A stretch of 64,000 bases of DNA from NCBI GenBank assembly GCA_020891255.1, contig BQFW01000013.1, positions 992,001 to 1,056,000 of the forward strand, given 5' to 3'. The stretch is from Entomortierella parvispora E1425. Lineage: Eukaryota; Fungi; Mortierellomycota. Below the pieces are notes generated by a model, which was not told the DNA's origin, searched no databases, and was given only the letters and a program-made list of their open reading frames with translations. This document shows positions 12,392-25,264 of the stretch, one piece after another; the stretch's first letter is position 1, and each line of letters starts with the position of its first letter. The position numbers were made by a program, and so were the translations under genes.

Positions 12392-12556
12392 AGAAACCTT
12401 TTCAAAGGGTCCTCTTTGTAAAATACCCTGACATGTTTATTAAATTGTATGAATGCAAAGTATGAAAAGAGGAACCAAAGGAAACAAGTACGATTACAAG
12501 TTACTATGACGAAAGATAAAAAGTGGGGAGGGGGCCAAGTGGGAGGGAACAAGTCC

Positions 12557-15500
12557 TCAATATTCAGCCGATTCCTGGTACGTTGGGCGATGCTGATGGA
12601 ACGGATGCATCTGCTGCAGCTGTTGCTGTGGATGTCCTGGGTGTTGGTGTGGTTGCGGTGGTGAGCGACTAACGTCAGCCAGATGACCTCCATGGCCGCT
12701 CGCCTCCATATTCATCTCCATGGACGACGTATGATGAGGAGGTGGTGCATGGGGATGCTGTGACAGTGGCTGGTGCTGGTGTTGATGATAGCTCTGACGC
12801 TGCGTCTCCATTTGGTGCTGAAGCTGCTGCTGCTGTTTCCAATGCGACTTGCTCATCAACTGCCGTTGATGTGTTTTGATATGTTGAGCTACAAGAATGA
12901 AAAAAAAAAGTGGTGAATTCGAAAATTAGTCTTGAGCAAATACAAACGTCAGCAACTTCTGGGTAATTGACTCCACCATGTTAGCCGCTTACAAAGATTA
13001 TCCGATCGCGAGAACCTCTTGTTGCATCCTGGAGTCGTGCAGGCGAACGGTCGCTCCAAAGTATGGGTTTTGATATGGCGCTTCAGATGCTCCAATCGCT
13101 TGAATCGTTTCATGCAGCCTGGAATAGAGCAGCCATGATTCTTGGCCGAAGACATAGGTCGAGCGCGTCCTTGATGTGGATGGTGATGATGGCCGTACGG
13201 GGCGGTCGGCGGTAAATGGGTCCTTGAGAGTGGGAACCGCTGATGGTGCGAGTACGGCAATTCCTCCTGGTAGTATTGCATTGGCGGCAGACCATACAGA
13301 TCGTGGGTCTGAGGATGATGCAGCGGAGCTGTGGAGGGCCACATGGCTGGCTGAGGCGACATGATAGAAGGTGACAGCGAAGACAACGCCGTTGCAGCAG
13401 AAGGCCCATACCCAGAGATGGAGTGTCGATGATGGTATTCTCCTCCGCTCCCGCCATGGCCTCCAGAAGATGACGAAAACGACGAGTGCCGCTCAATAAA
13501 ACTATCCTCTGTCCGACTCATACCCTCTGCCTGAAAGAAAGGGATCGAACTCAGGTTACCCTCCGAGTGACTTCGGAGCGAGATGGAAGGAGGAGGTGGT
13601 GATCGCCCCTCGCCACCGCCAGATCCAGGGACGAAATGGGACTGGAGACCTGAAAACCCGTTACCCAAGCCCATTGCTGCTTGACCGCGATCCATCTCCT
13701 CGCCCTCCTCCCCTTCTTCCCCGCCATCATCGCTTTTCTCGTCATGTTCTTCATCCTCGACCTCCTCATCGCCCATACCATCCTTCCCTCCTCCTTGCCT
13801 ATCAGTCTGGCCGTCCTCTCGACTGCCTCTCCGAGTGTCTACTTGGCGGCCAAAGATCTGCAAGGTTGAGCCAGAAGGTGATTTCCGACTTGGTTGCTCC
13901 GGAGATTCGCCATTTGGATTGGGATTGGGTTCATCGTGGCTACTACCGAGTACCACCATGGATCTATGACCACCTTCTGTGGCTCCACTGCTATCGTTCT
14001 CATCTCCAATGTTGAATCGCTCTCTCGAGGATGAATCTTGCCGATGGTGTTGTCGATGGTCCTTGTATGGCCCGCTCTGATGCTGATGTCGATTGTACTG
14101 ATGAAGAGACTCTGTCTTGATGTTGTGTTGGTTATGAAGCTCAACATCCTTGGGGTTATTGGAAACTGCTTTCAAGTCCAGTTTGATTGGACCGAAGGCC
14201 GTTTCTGTCTCTGGAGCATTAGTCACAACAGGATTATCTAGCGGATGCAGGCCAGAAGAACTGTGTTGGTGGCGATTCGGAATGAGACCAAAGGGAGGTT
14301 TTGAATCCCGATCATTCATTGAATCCTCGTGGTAAGTAGTCCTTGGGGCCAATTTGCCGACCTGGCTTGAATAAAGGGCTTCAAGATCTGTGTTGGTGGA
14401 CAAGGACGTTCTTGTGCCAGATCCAGGCACGTCCGCCGTCGTGGCATGGAACGTGGCCGGGTATCCTGAAGCACTGTGTCTATGACCCATCATTACGCCA
14501 CCACTCTGCTCTTGGACCAAAGTCGACATGACTCCAGTGGGCATGAAACCATTCGCTGCTCCATGGTAATGGTGTACAGAAGGGTGGTCTTGGCGAAAGT
14601 CCTCGTAACGACTGTTTGTCGGGCTCATTATCCCCGAGTCAGTCGACGACGGACGTAAATAGCCCATTGGATCCATCGACATCATATGAGGCTGCTGCTG
14701 GTGATGTGGCTGCTGATGTGGCTGCTGCTGGTCCCGAAACTGCTGATGCTGTCGATCCAGTTTCCTCATTTGCATCGATGACTTCTTTGTATGGGTCCTG
14801 AGATGGGCCGAAAAGTTGTCCGAGCGACTGAAAGACTTGTCACATCCTTGAAATTCACAGATGAATGGCCTTTCTTTTGTATGGACCAACATGTGCCTTT
14901 TCAAATGTTCGAATCGTTTGAAACTCCAGCCACAGGTTGGAAACCTGCAAGGGTGCTTGTTGTTGGACCCGGGATGATTCTGCATATGAAGATGGGAGGC
15001 TGATGAGGTCGAGCTGGTGTTGGATGAAATCGAGTTGTTACGATACTTGTCATGAAGAAGAACTGCGTTATCATTATCGTGGCCGTCGTCATTGTCGTCT
15101 CCATAACCCAGAGGATTATTCTGAGGCTGGCGAAGATAGTGGTAGTAAGGATACTGATGCTGTTGCTGTTGCTGTTGCTGGTAATGTGGAGATGGTATTG
15201 GTGCGGCAACGAAGGCCATGTGATGAGGTCGGCCGCTGCCAACGCCTCCTTCCGGATACTCCTGTCCGACCCGATACTCTCTGTCTGTCTTGTCAGAAAC
15301 TGAGGAAGCTTTCGTTATTGTGCTCAAAGGTTGGCCCCTGTCATAGTAGCTCTCTTCACTCTGTTGTGGTGGGGAAGAGGGCCTATGAAACAGAGATTCA
15401 CCATTGCTGCCTCCGTGGTGCGAGCGTGGGAGAGACTGCCTGTGCTGTCCTTGGCTCTCCAAACTTTGGTGGTGACCCCAACCAGTTGAAGGGTTGGTGG

Positions 15501-16170
15501 CGCTGCTGTTGGCGCGAAGGTAGGATGGTTGATCAAGATGGCATCCAGAATGAAGGTCCTGTTGACTAAGTCGTCGCTCGCTCGAGGGCATTCGCTGCCG
15601 GTCCGCGGATGCCGAGAGCAAGGGCAGGGAGTTCCTTCGAGGCAAATCGGCTATTGGGACCATCGTGATCAGTAAAGAGAGGAAAGAAAAGGTGTGAACG
15701 GAACGGGAAAAAAATGGAAGTAAACTATTATTAATTGCACGGTGACGATGCCCCGCCAGTGTAATTTCCTTTTTTTTTCTTTTTTTTCCTTTGATGCAAG
15801 GCAGAGGGTAGACAGACTATGAAGAAAGAGGACGTGCATCAGGGGGAATGGAATAGGGGAGAAAAATGGGAGGACAGAGATTTCAAGGACTCCAAAGGAG
15901 GCAGGGGTACCATGAGGAGAGAGCGAGCGAGGGGGCATGGTGTGAAGCAGAATCTGACAAGATTAAATATGAAGGGCTCCAGGAACAATCCATCAGGTAC
16001 CAGGGGGAAGAAGAGCCATGAAGATGCGGCCAACGCGTTGATACAGAAGATCAGGGCAAAGATTTTGCTCTTCATGAATATCGATCTTGTGCTGCCAAGT
16101 CTATACTCCTGGCTGACTTACCAGCGAAATGAGAGACTCCTGGTAACGAATGCTCGGGAGAAGCTGCCAT
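12557..16170 (-). CDS. C2H2 zinc-finger transcription factor, Msn2/Msn4/BrlA/Ste12-type fingers, two finger pairs (4 fingers), about 1012 aa
   Basis: Exons 16170-16122 ([22 protein letters not shown] donor, phase 1; less certain than the rest), 15650-12993 and 12888-12557. Pair 1 (14949-14791) is [53 protein letters not shown]. Pair 2 (13131 onward, across the last intron) is [53 protein letters not shown]. Several RRxS PKA-type motifs are present. Confidence 0.88.
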
Positions 16171-17474
16171 AGTAAGTCCTGATGGCGACAGATGGAAACT
16201 TCTTGGGTTCTGGATTCGGAAAAAAGAAAACCAGAGTGGAGGCGTTTGTTAACTGACTGCGGCCAGGTAATTCGTATCGCTGGTGTCTCCATGCCCTTTT
16301 TTTTTACCTCTGGCTTCAAAGGCAAAGTGTTTGATGATCCTGTCTTGTCCGTGGTAGGATGAGGAGATCGAGACGACACTTAACGTAGACTGGAGGAAGA
16401 GCGATTCAATCGAGGCGCCGTAAGGAAGGGGGGGGAGAGACGGGAGGACGGGTAAAAACAATGTGCAGTTTGATCGAAAGAACTGAGAAGCGGGAGTGGC
16501 GATGTATTTCAGAGAGTGCAATTGTTTGGAGCGAGGTGGAAAAGGTGTTTTGACTTGTAAGCGGGGGAAGAGCAAAGATGGTGAAGGCGCTGGGGATGAG
16601 GACGCGATAATGAACCTTCCTGTCAATAACGGGGATCCAAGTAGAAAAGTTGAGAAAGGGACAAGAGAGGGATGGAAGGGCTCTTGAGGTAGGTCTTTGA
16701 GGAGAAACTGGGATCGGTGAACTGATGCAAGGAGTTCAAAAGGAGTTACGAAGACGAGGGGGGAGAAGGGAAGATGAAAAAACAGAAAGGAGATTAAAAG
16801 GAGGGCAAGCAGGTCGAGTTGGGTCTATGACTTAAAGGGCAAGGCACTTGGCGAGAAGGAGGGGGCCAAGAAGGGGGGGGGGATGCGCGAACAGGCGAGG
16901 AGGCTGAAGGAAAGAATGAATATTTTTCGTGTTTAGGGTTGAGCATCCGCGCCACAAGATGACCTTGATCTGCAGAAGTGACGCGACTTGACCAAAAGGG
17001 GTGGAGAGTGGCAAGAAAGACGTATTGTCTTGGAGAGCGGAAGCCAATGGTACGTGGATGGTTTTCAAGGGGTGAGCCTGCTCAAGTGGAAGATAAGGCC
17101 GGCCGGGCGTATTTGTTCGGTTCCGATCTGACAAGAGAGGGGGTGGTCACCGGGGCCGCCAGCAACTAATATCGTGGTGGGTTGGACGAGCCATGTCCGT
17201 TAAAATAGTCGTGTTGTCGCAGTGTCACAAACGTCTCTCCGTCCCCCTTGATGTAGCAGCACATAACAGCATCAAGGGACTCTTTGTATTTTAATGCAGG
17301 GAGCCCTTCTTGTAGATCAGATTTACAGTGCTCCTTTTTTTTGGTTCTTCAGTGGAGGAAGAGGTCCAGCGTACTTTATGGATATCTTGGGGGGAAAAAA
17401 TGAAGGTCAGGGGTGGGCATTCAGCGAAAGGAAGGGGTGGTAAAGACCACAGCGACGACAATGATGGCGATGGC

Positions 17475-17481
17475 GATGATG

Positions 17482-17510
<29 letters not shown>
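17475..17510. repeat. Imperfect (GAT)n microsatellite
   Basis: (GAT)8 GGT (GAT)3 read directly, in the intergenic region between OPT and the C2H2 gene. Confidence 0.85.
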
Positions 17511-17512
<2 letters not shown>

Positions 17513-18405
17513 CAGTGCTGATGTGAAGGTTGTGCGAGTGCTTGCTAATCGGGTTGGCTTTCGTATTTACGTTGCTGCCGCTACGAGGGGGAAGGAGGGA
17601 AGGGGCGAGAGTATTTTGTTTTTGCATCCATATGTCCATCGAGAAACGACAAAAGGACATGACATCGAAGGAAGGAAGGGAGGGAGGGAGGGAGACCAGA
17701 CCACAGCAAGGCAGTCATCCGAGAAAGGGGTGTGAAGCGACTCAAACAAGGTTGATTTGGTGGCACAATCGACCTCACCAGGCGGATCGAATGAATGGAA
17801 TCGAGCAGCAGGGGTGGGCAAAGAAAGGTGGACAGAAGACGCAGTGATCACGCTCCGTCGCTTTGTCGCTTCGTGCACCCTTGGATCGATTCGATCCATC
17901 CTGCTCCGTCTGCGCGTGCTCGCACTGAGAGGACATGCTACTGTACAAACAAGAGGGAGAAGGGAGCGAGAGAGAGAGAACAACCACTCGAGTGCAAACA
18001 GGATAGCAGGGGTAGGACAAAGGGGCAGACCTCATTCCCTTTGTTGTCCCGATCACATCAGTCCATTATCAGCTGCTCTCGCCCCAAAACAAGAAAAAAC
18101 CAGAGTTGCCCTGCTGGAACCACCTCACGTCTGCCTGCTGGAGACGAACAGACTCGATGGACCTGCTCTCTCCCGTCCGTGTTCCAGCCCTCTCAAGCAC
18201 AATGACCACAGCCATGACCATCGCACGGGCGATGATCCGCCCACGGACCCATCCGGGAAAAAGGGGATGCAGAACCATGCTTAATTATGGCCTTCAATTG
18301 CTCCTGCACAAACTGAGCCCTTTCCTGTCTTATTGTTTCTCTCCCCTGTTTACACCGTGACTCCACCAGTCGGCCATCGCGATTCATCTCACCCTTCACT
18401 ATTCT

Positions 18406-21222
18406 TTATTTCCCGTAAAAGTTCAGTTCTGCAAGAGGACAATGATCAATATCCTCGGAGGTTCCCCACCACTTCACAAAGTCCTTGTCCCAACTCTAGA
18501 TAGACAGCGAAAGGGAAAAAAAAGGTGTGAGTGAGAAAGGTTATGTTTTGAACAAACAGAGGCCAATACCACGGGAGATGAATGTCATACTTGAAGTAGG
18601 AAGTAGCATGCCAACCCAGAAAGGGCCACACCCGTGTCCATAGCAGCCGAGGTGACGTAGTTGTACCGTCTCCACCAGCTGTTCTTGTACCGGCGTAGAT
18701 ACCACATAAAGATAAAGCCCAACAAAATTCCATTTGGGTAAAAGTAGGCCTGCGCTGGAGGCATGCTACTGGTCGCGGCCAACAACACCGGGAAGTGGAT
18801 CTTATGGAGAAAGTCGATATGGTGGTAGCGGCGACATAGAAGCCAGATGGGAACTGGCAGCAAAGCACCAACAACGAACCCCCACTGGATGACAGAGTAT
18901 TGAGAGCCGAAGCCAAACATTCGCCCTGGTCCGATGACACCCCAAATGACTGAAGCAGAGTAGAACGCTGGAGAGATGACGAGAGGTTAGTGAACGAAAG
19001 AGGACGGCATCCAACATGAAATTGACAGCCTCATTCCTTACTGTTGGTGTTACGACATGTCCACGGATATCCCTCCTTTGTGCAAATATCCGGCTGCGCC
19101 CTGAGCAGCCAGTCTGTAGTCGCGAGGTTGATCATCCCCGCAAGAATACTGCAAATGACTTGAACCCAAAACATGATTCTTGGAGGGATCTTCATATAAT
19201 GGCCCAACTTGAGGTCCTGGGTAAACTGCAGGGCCTGCACGTTGGTGATGTACCCGTACGCTTTAAAAGTGACATTGGCGATCGGATGGCCCGGCATCAG
19301 GTATCCGATCACGTACTCAGTGATCACGTTCAGACCTGGTTGCTGATTTGTTACTGCCTGCACAATCCCCACGGGTAACGCAAAGACAAATGCCAGTGCC
19401 AGAGACACCAGGAGGTAATACCACGGGAGGTAATGCCATTTGACAACTGTCAAGATAGATAGAGCCAGCGATACCAAGAACAGCATTCCATACCACCATT
19501 GAGGCACCTCCTTGTACGCCAGCATCATCTTTGAGTGAATATCGTGGTCTCGCATCGAGATGGCAGCCCTCCACTGATCGCGAATATCTTTGCCGTGGTA
19601 CAACAGTACATGGGTTAGGGTCGCCGTCAAGCCAGCGAATCCAATTCCATAAGTGAGGGCAAAGAAAGAGTCCATCCTGAGAGGTCCATAAGCCTCATAT
19701 TTGACTGGGTCCAAGATGTTGTTGGTCATCACCATCGACTTGTTGTACTTGGTTCCATCCTCTTTGAACAATCCTGCGGTCAAGATTGGGAACATCTTGG
19801 AGTTCCATAGGTTGGTATAGTAGGCGATCGGGGCAATGATCCAGGCGACAACAATAAATCCCACCATGATGTTCACTTGTGCCCACCAAGGAGTGACCAA
19901 TGGTGAAAGTGCCGAGGTGGATGTCGCCCAGTCGAACGAAAGGGTTCCAATCCCGAGCCCGTTTGATCCTGTGAGCTGAGAGAGAACCACGTTGCTGGGA
20001 TCGATCCAGCACAAGACAGAAAAGGCCGTCAGCGTCGGGAAGATATAGTTCGGGAACCAATACCAGACAAACGATCCAAATGTGACCCATCCAAAGAACT
20101 TCATTCGGCTCATCCGGCCATGGCCACCCTGACTTTTGTGCTCTTGTTGATGCTGTTCATCCGAACCGCCATTCTCGTGCAAAGTTCTAAACAGGGCCAC
20201 CGTTACTAGATTTGCCGGCCATATCATATGGGCAGGCTTGACCAAGAACTTTCTAAGGACTCCAGCCAACGAGAACCCGGTGATCTGAGTCGTTAGGATG
20301 AGCATGAATCCCGCCATGAATCCTTGATCGTCGTTATAGTATTTTTTTTGCAAAATAACAATGTCGACGGCGTAGGCTGTCCCTGAGCAGCAAGCGACTG
20401 CAGTCCCAATGAGTGCATGTTCTTTGATGTTGAAAGGTCCAGGGTTGAGTGACCACGTCTGCCCAAAAATACGAAACTGTCGCCGAGGTAGTACTCGAGC
20501 CATGAACCGACCCAATGGAAGAGAAATCAAAGAAACGACTGTGTAGGTGATTGAGACGGGGTTCTGCCGGAGATAAAAAAACTGATTCACAAAGGAAACC
20601 AAAAGCGTGAAGAACAATGACAGGAACCACATCCGGAACGTGTTAGTTGGCATGGTGGGGTCGTCGGTGACTACATGATTGAATGTTGGGCGCGAGTTAG
20701 TGTCGCGTCTTAATATACCCCAGACAGGAATCAACCCTCCTTCCCTCCCTCCCTTCGATCACACCTTGGTAATCACTTACCTGGTACACAAGCACGAACT
20801 TCTTCGATCGGCGAATTCTCTATAGAGGATCCAGCAACAGAGATTTGCGACTCGACATCGTCTCGCTCAAAGGCCTTTTCTTTTGAAGTGGACCACAAAC
20901 TTGACCTGGAGGTGACTGACCCATTTTCGGGGTTGGATTTTTCGGACCACGAAAACATCTCTAATTGATCTTCTACCCCCGTGCGCGACCTCACCCGAGC
21001 AATCCGTGGCTGCTCAGCAACCATTTGGGCGGTGGAGGCATCAACTGGTGATGAAGCCGCTGAGTTTGGTTGTATAGTTTGTGGATGCGGTTGACTGGAT
21101 GGTGAGGGGAGTATCCCAACGTCCCCTGCGTTGGGACTGATGTTGCCATTGTCGGATGCACTAGTGTCATTATTCTGCGGAGCTGAGTCAGGCTCGGGCT
21201 TTTCTGATCCTTCGGCTGCCAT
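18406..21222 (-). CDS. OPT-family oligopeptide transporter (OPT1/Isp4-like), about 845 aa
   Basis: Exons 21222-20781, 20670-19042, 18967-18591, 18495-18406, all phase-consistent. Motifs: SPIEEVRACVP/VTDDPTMPTNTFRMWFL, NPGPFNIKEH, LVKPAHMIWPANL, NQQPGLNVITEY, DLKLGHYMKIPPR, FYSASVIWGVIGPGRMF, WWRRYNYVTSAAMDTG, and a C-terminal WWG...HCPLA. Confidence 0.95.
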
Positions 21223-23298
21223 TTCGGGATATGAGTGAGGACGGAACAGCAAAGAAGACAGATGGGAGTCAGTAGCAGGGATATAATTCACAGGGAAGGT
21301 GAACAATTGCGTTGTAAAGGAATATCACTCCACGAACAATGATTTCAGGGGGATCGGGATCAAATGGTATCTCGAGAAATATGTCAACAACCCAACACAG
21401 CATCGATTCTGCTCCACCCAACCCACCCACTTGTGGACGGTGTGGGTGAGAACGTGCACCGGCCGGCCTACAGTATCGACAATGTTCCAGTCTTTGGTTA
21501 TGACCAAAGACGAAGTTGCAACTTGACCCTGAAAATTTTGCCACCAACCCACCCCGTTATTCACGTGACCTTTTACCCCACATGCCGAGCAAAGCTTGTT
21601 GCCCCGCATTTTGCCAAAATCGGCGCGGCTCAGAATAGCCCCCAAACTCAGATGTTCTCGACCAGTCATGGCTGAAAGAAAGAAAAGGAATGACGGAGAG
21701 GCGGAAGCGACGATAGTGAGAGCGCGCCAGGGGTCAAAAGGAGGACAACGGTATCAATATCTATGTCGACGCGACTCGCCCTGATGGTCGATTTATCTGT
21801 CACCTCTGGACCATTGAGATATTTGAAGAAAAGATAGACCCACTTTTTTCATTCATTCAATTAATTCCGCAGAGCAGAAATAAAGATCATAACACCTGAC
21901 TGCATCCCGGCGTCATAAAGCGATACTCGGCACATGGATCGAAACAAGTTTTTTTTCTCGTGCAACTGTTCGGACAAGAACGACTTGAATCAGACTCGTT
22001 GATTCGCTCGTTTGCCCAGCTCAGCCTTTACCCCGGATTAGGGATGAGGGCCTGCTTCATGCTCTCGTTGTTGATATATCCACTTTTTCTGCTTGTTTAT
22101 TTGTTTGTGCGCTACGTTCGTTGAACTTCTTTTGCTATTCGTTCCTGATCTGTTTTTTCTTTTCTTTTTCTTTTTTTTGTCTCTTTGTGAGTCGCAAAAG
22201 AGACACACAGCAGTGAAAACTAAAGTCAAATCGCCGCGGTAAACCACTCTGCGGAGTGCGGCACACAGGCGTACAACAGACCCCACTTGTCCATGAAAAT
22301 GCGTCGGTTGGAGAAACAAGCAAAACAAGAAAACGACCACCGAAGAATCAGAGCACAGTCTTCATGAAAAGAATCGCCTGACAAAACAAACTAGTCGAAA
22401 CAATACGACCCCACTGTGGGGGAATGTTGATGCGTTCAAGCAACAGAGAAATACACAGGGGAGGTGGGGATGTGGATCGTTGCTATCGTGTTCACGGCCC
22501 TTGTCAGATGAGTCTCCTCAACCTCCCCCTGTCGCCTGTGCCCAGGTGCCAAGCTGAGTGTCAATTTGACCCCGGACTCACAGACCATCAATCGTCAACT
22601 TCCTTCCGGACCAACCGGGTTGGCTGACCCCGCACGCTCACAACGTGCATGTGCATTGGGGATATATGGTATCATCCTCCTCGATACTCCTATCAGTGCT
22701 GAAGTCCGGTTTTCTTTTTCCGCACCTGTATCCTCACCAACGCTAATAGAATGGTGACCAGGGTACATTGCGTTTCCCCGCTGAGCAATTGTTCCTTTTT
22801 GGCAACAGCTCCCCCCCCCCCAACGATGCTTTCCTCTTCCGGAGACGCTATTTACTGATATTTTCGATTCAATTGCAGGCCAACACACACCCGCTACCAC
22901 CCGAGCAAGTTGACACAACGCTTGTACGCTAACGCAAGCAAGGCTGGTTGCTCTGCTCACGTCCCTCTTCAGCTCCACTTTGCACTCGCCTATTGTGATG
23001 CATTGTTGAAGCTGAGTCTGTCCGTGAACCAAATTCTAAAAAAGACATAAAAAGGACCGTCCGAGAAACTTTCTTGTCTCTTCAGCCTGCTGCTCATCCT
23101 TCACCTTCCTCACCAATCGCCGCCTCCTCTTAAAAGGAACCCTTCTCCCCTCGAACGGTTTACTTTTTTTGCCTTCTCCACCACCTCCCTCCTTGGTCAC
23201 CGCCCTTCCGCCCCGCCCCTCCTTTCCCTACCTTCTGTTAATTGTTAGAGCTCCAAGCCGGCAAGCACCTCTACCAATTTCTCCCCTTCACTCAAACC

Positions 23299-25264
23299 AT
23301 GGGCGCCATTGACAAGATTAACCATGCGGTTGCCGATTCGTTCGTCGGTCGATACTTCCGTCTTGAGGGCTCCGGCGCTCGTCGCGAACGTGCTGGATCG
23401 AGATTCACGACTGAAATTCGCGCCGGTATCACGACCTTTGTTACTATGGTAAGGGATTCGAGCCCGCCATCTTGATGTTCTCGCCTTGATCGACTCTTCC
23501 TCATCCCCAGCGTGCTAATCTGCTCCCCTGTCCAATTCACCTGTTACTCTCTTTTCCCTGGCGATGCGCTATCCATCCCTCCTCAATTCCTCTCATACCA
23601 TTCCACAACTTTGCCCCCACCCTGCACTACTACCCCCAATGCCTCTGTGGGTTTCTCTCTTCACCATCTAAACACAATAGGCTTACATTATCTCGGTCAA
23701 CGCCATGATTGTGACTGACTCTGGTGGAACCTGTGTCTGCAACAACGGTGGCAATACCAGCGACATTGACTGCAACACCGATCCTGACTATGCTGATTGT
23801 CTGGCCGTTTTGAAGCTCGACATGATCACGGCCACAGCCGCAATTGCCTGCTTCTCCACACTTTTGATGGGTCTTTTTGCCAATCTGCCCCTCGGTCTCG
23901 CCCCAGGTATGGGTTTGAACGCCTACTTCACCTATACTGTCGTTGGATTCCATGGCGAGAACAAGATCAAGTACCAGACAGCTTTGGCTGCCGTCTTTAT
24001 TGAGGGTATCCTGTTCATCCTTCTCTCGCTCTTCGGTGTCCGTCAATGGCTGGCTCGATTGATCCCCCAGAGTATCAAGGTCGCGACAGGCGCGGGTATT
24101 GGTCTATATCTCTGCTTTATCGGTTTGCAATCGTCTGCCGGTATCGGCCTGATCGGTGGAAGTTCCTCAACGCTTGTCACCTTGCAAGGATGTGTCTTAG
24201 ATGCCGCTGGTAACTGCGTTGACGGTACCCACATGCGCTCGCCTACCACTTGGATGGGCATCTTTGGCTTCGTGATCATTTCGGTTTGCCTGCTTTTCCG
24301 TGTCAAGGGTGCCGTCTTGGTCGGAATCCTTACCATCTCAATTCTGTCCTGGATTCGCGGCACTTCTTTCACCTACTTTGTCGATAACCCCACTGGCAAC
24401 TCTAACTACGATTACTTCAAGAAGGTCGTGACTTTCCACCCCATCCAACATACCTTGGGCAAGATGGACTTTCAGCTCGACAGTGGCGAGATTTGGGTTG
24501 CCCTGATCACGTTCTTGTACGTGGACATCATGGACACCACTGGTACCTTGTACTCGATGGCCAAGTTCGGAGGTTACATGTACAAGAACGGTGACTTTGA
24601 TGGATCCACCGCCGCTTTCCTCTGCGATGCCACCTCCATCACGGTCGGTGCCTGCTTCGGTGTTCCCCCCGTCACGGCCTTTATCGAATCGGGTGCGGGT
24701 ATTACTGAAGGTGGTCGCACTGGACTGACCTCGGTTACCATTGCCATTTTTTTCTTCATCTCGCTGTTCTTCTCGCCCATTTTTGCGTCCTTCCCTCCAT
24801 GGGCTACAGGTCCCGCTCTGATTGTCGTTGGTTCCATGATGGTCAAGTCTGTTCGCTCCATCAACTGGGATTACGTCGGAGATGCCATCCCCGCTTTCTT
24901 GACCATTGCCATGATGCCCCTCTCCTACTCGATCGCCTACGGTTTGATTGCCGGTATTGGTTCTTACGCCGCTATCAACGGAGCTGTGTTTGTCTTGGAG
25001 AAGATCTCTGGTGGTCGTATCTCGCCTGACGACAAGGACTTGCGCGAGCCTTGGGTCACCGAGAGTTTCTCCTGGAGAACCGTCTTGCCCGGATGGATGC
25101 AAAAGCTGATCTGCAAAGCCCGTGGTGAGACATATGTCGACCCTTTGGATGTCATTGAGGAGGAGGAGCGCCTTGAGCGCGAGGCCGCTGCGGCTGCCGA
25201 GGAGACGGATGCCAAGATTGATATGGGTGGACATGGAGATATCCATGAGATCCCCAAGTATTAA
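23299..25264 (+). CDS. azgA: AzgA-like adenine/guanine/hypoxanthine permease (NCS2/AzgA family), about 577 aa
   Basis: Exons 23299-23448 and 23681-25264 (phase 0). Motifs: RFTTEIRAGITTFVTMAYIISVN, DSGGTCVC, ANLPLGLAPGMGLNAYFTY, DIMDTTGTL, TAFIESGAGITEGGRTGLT, PPWATGPALIVVG, IPAFLTIAMMPLSYSIAYG. Confidence 0.93.

Noticed and set aside
16400-17200. Many AGGGG (STRE-like) motifs upstream of the C2H2 gene, suggesting autoregulation
   Set aside because: Explained by the purine-rich complement of a CT-rich leader; not distinguishable from composition.
21223-23298. GATA (HGATAR) sites in the OPT/AzgA divergent promoter as evidence of AreA control
   Set aside because: I count about 5 sites (21711, 21793, 21832, 22483, 22690) in 2.1 kb, versus about 6 expected by chance, so there is no enrichment.
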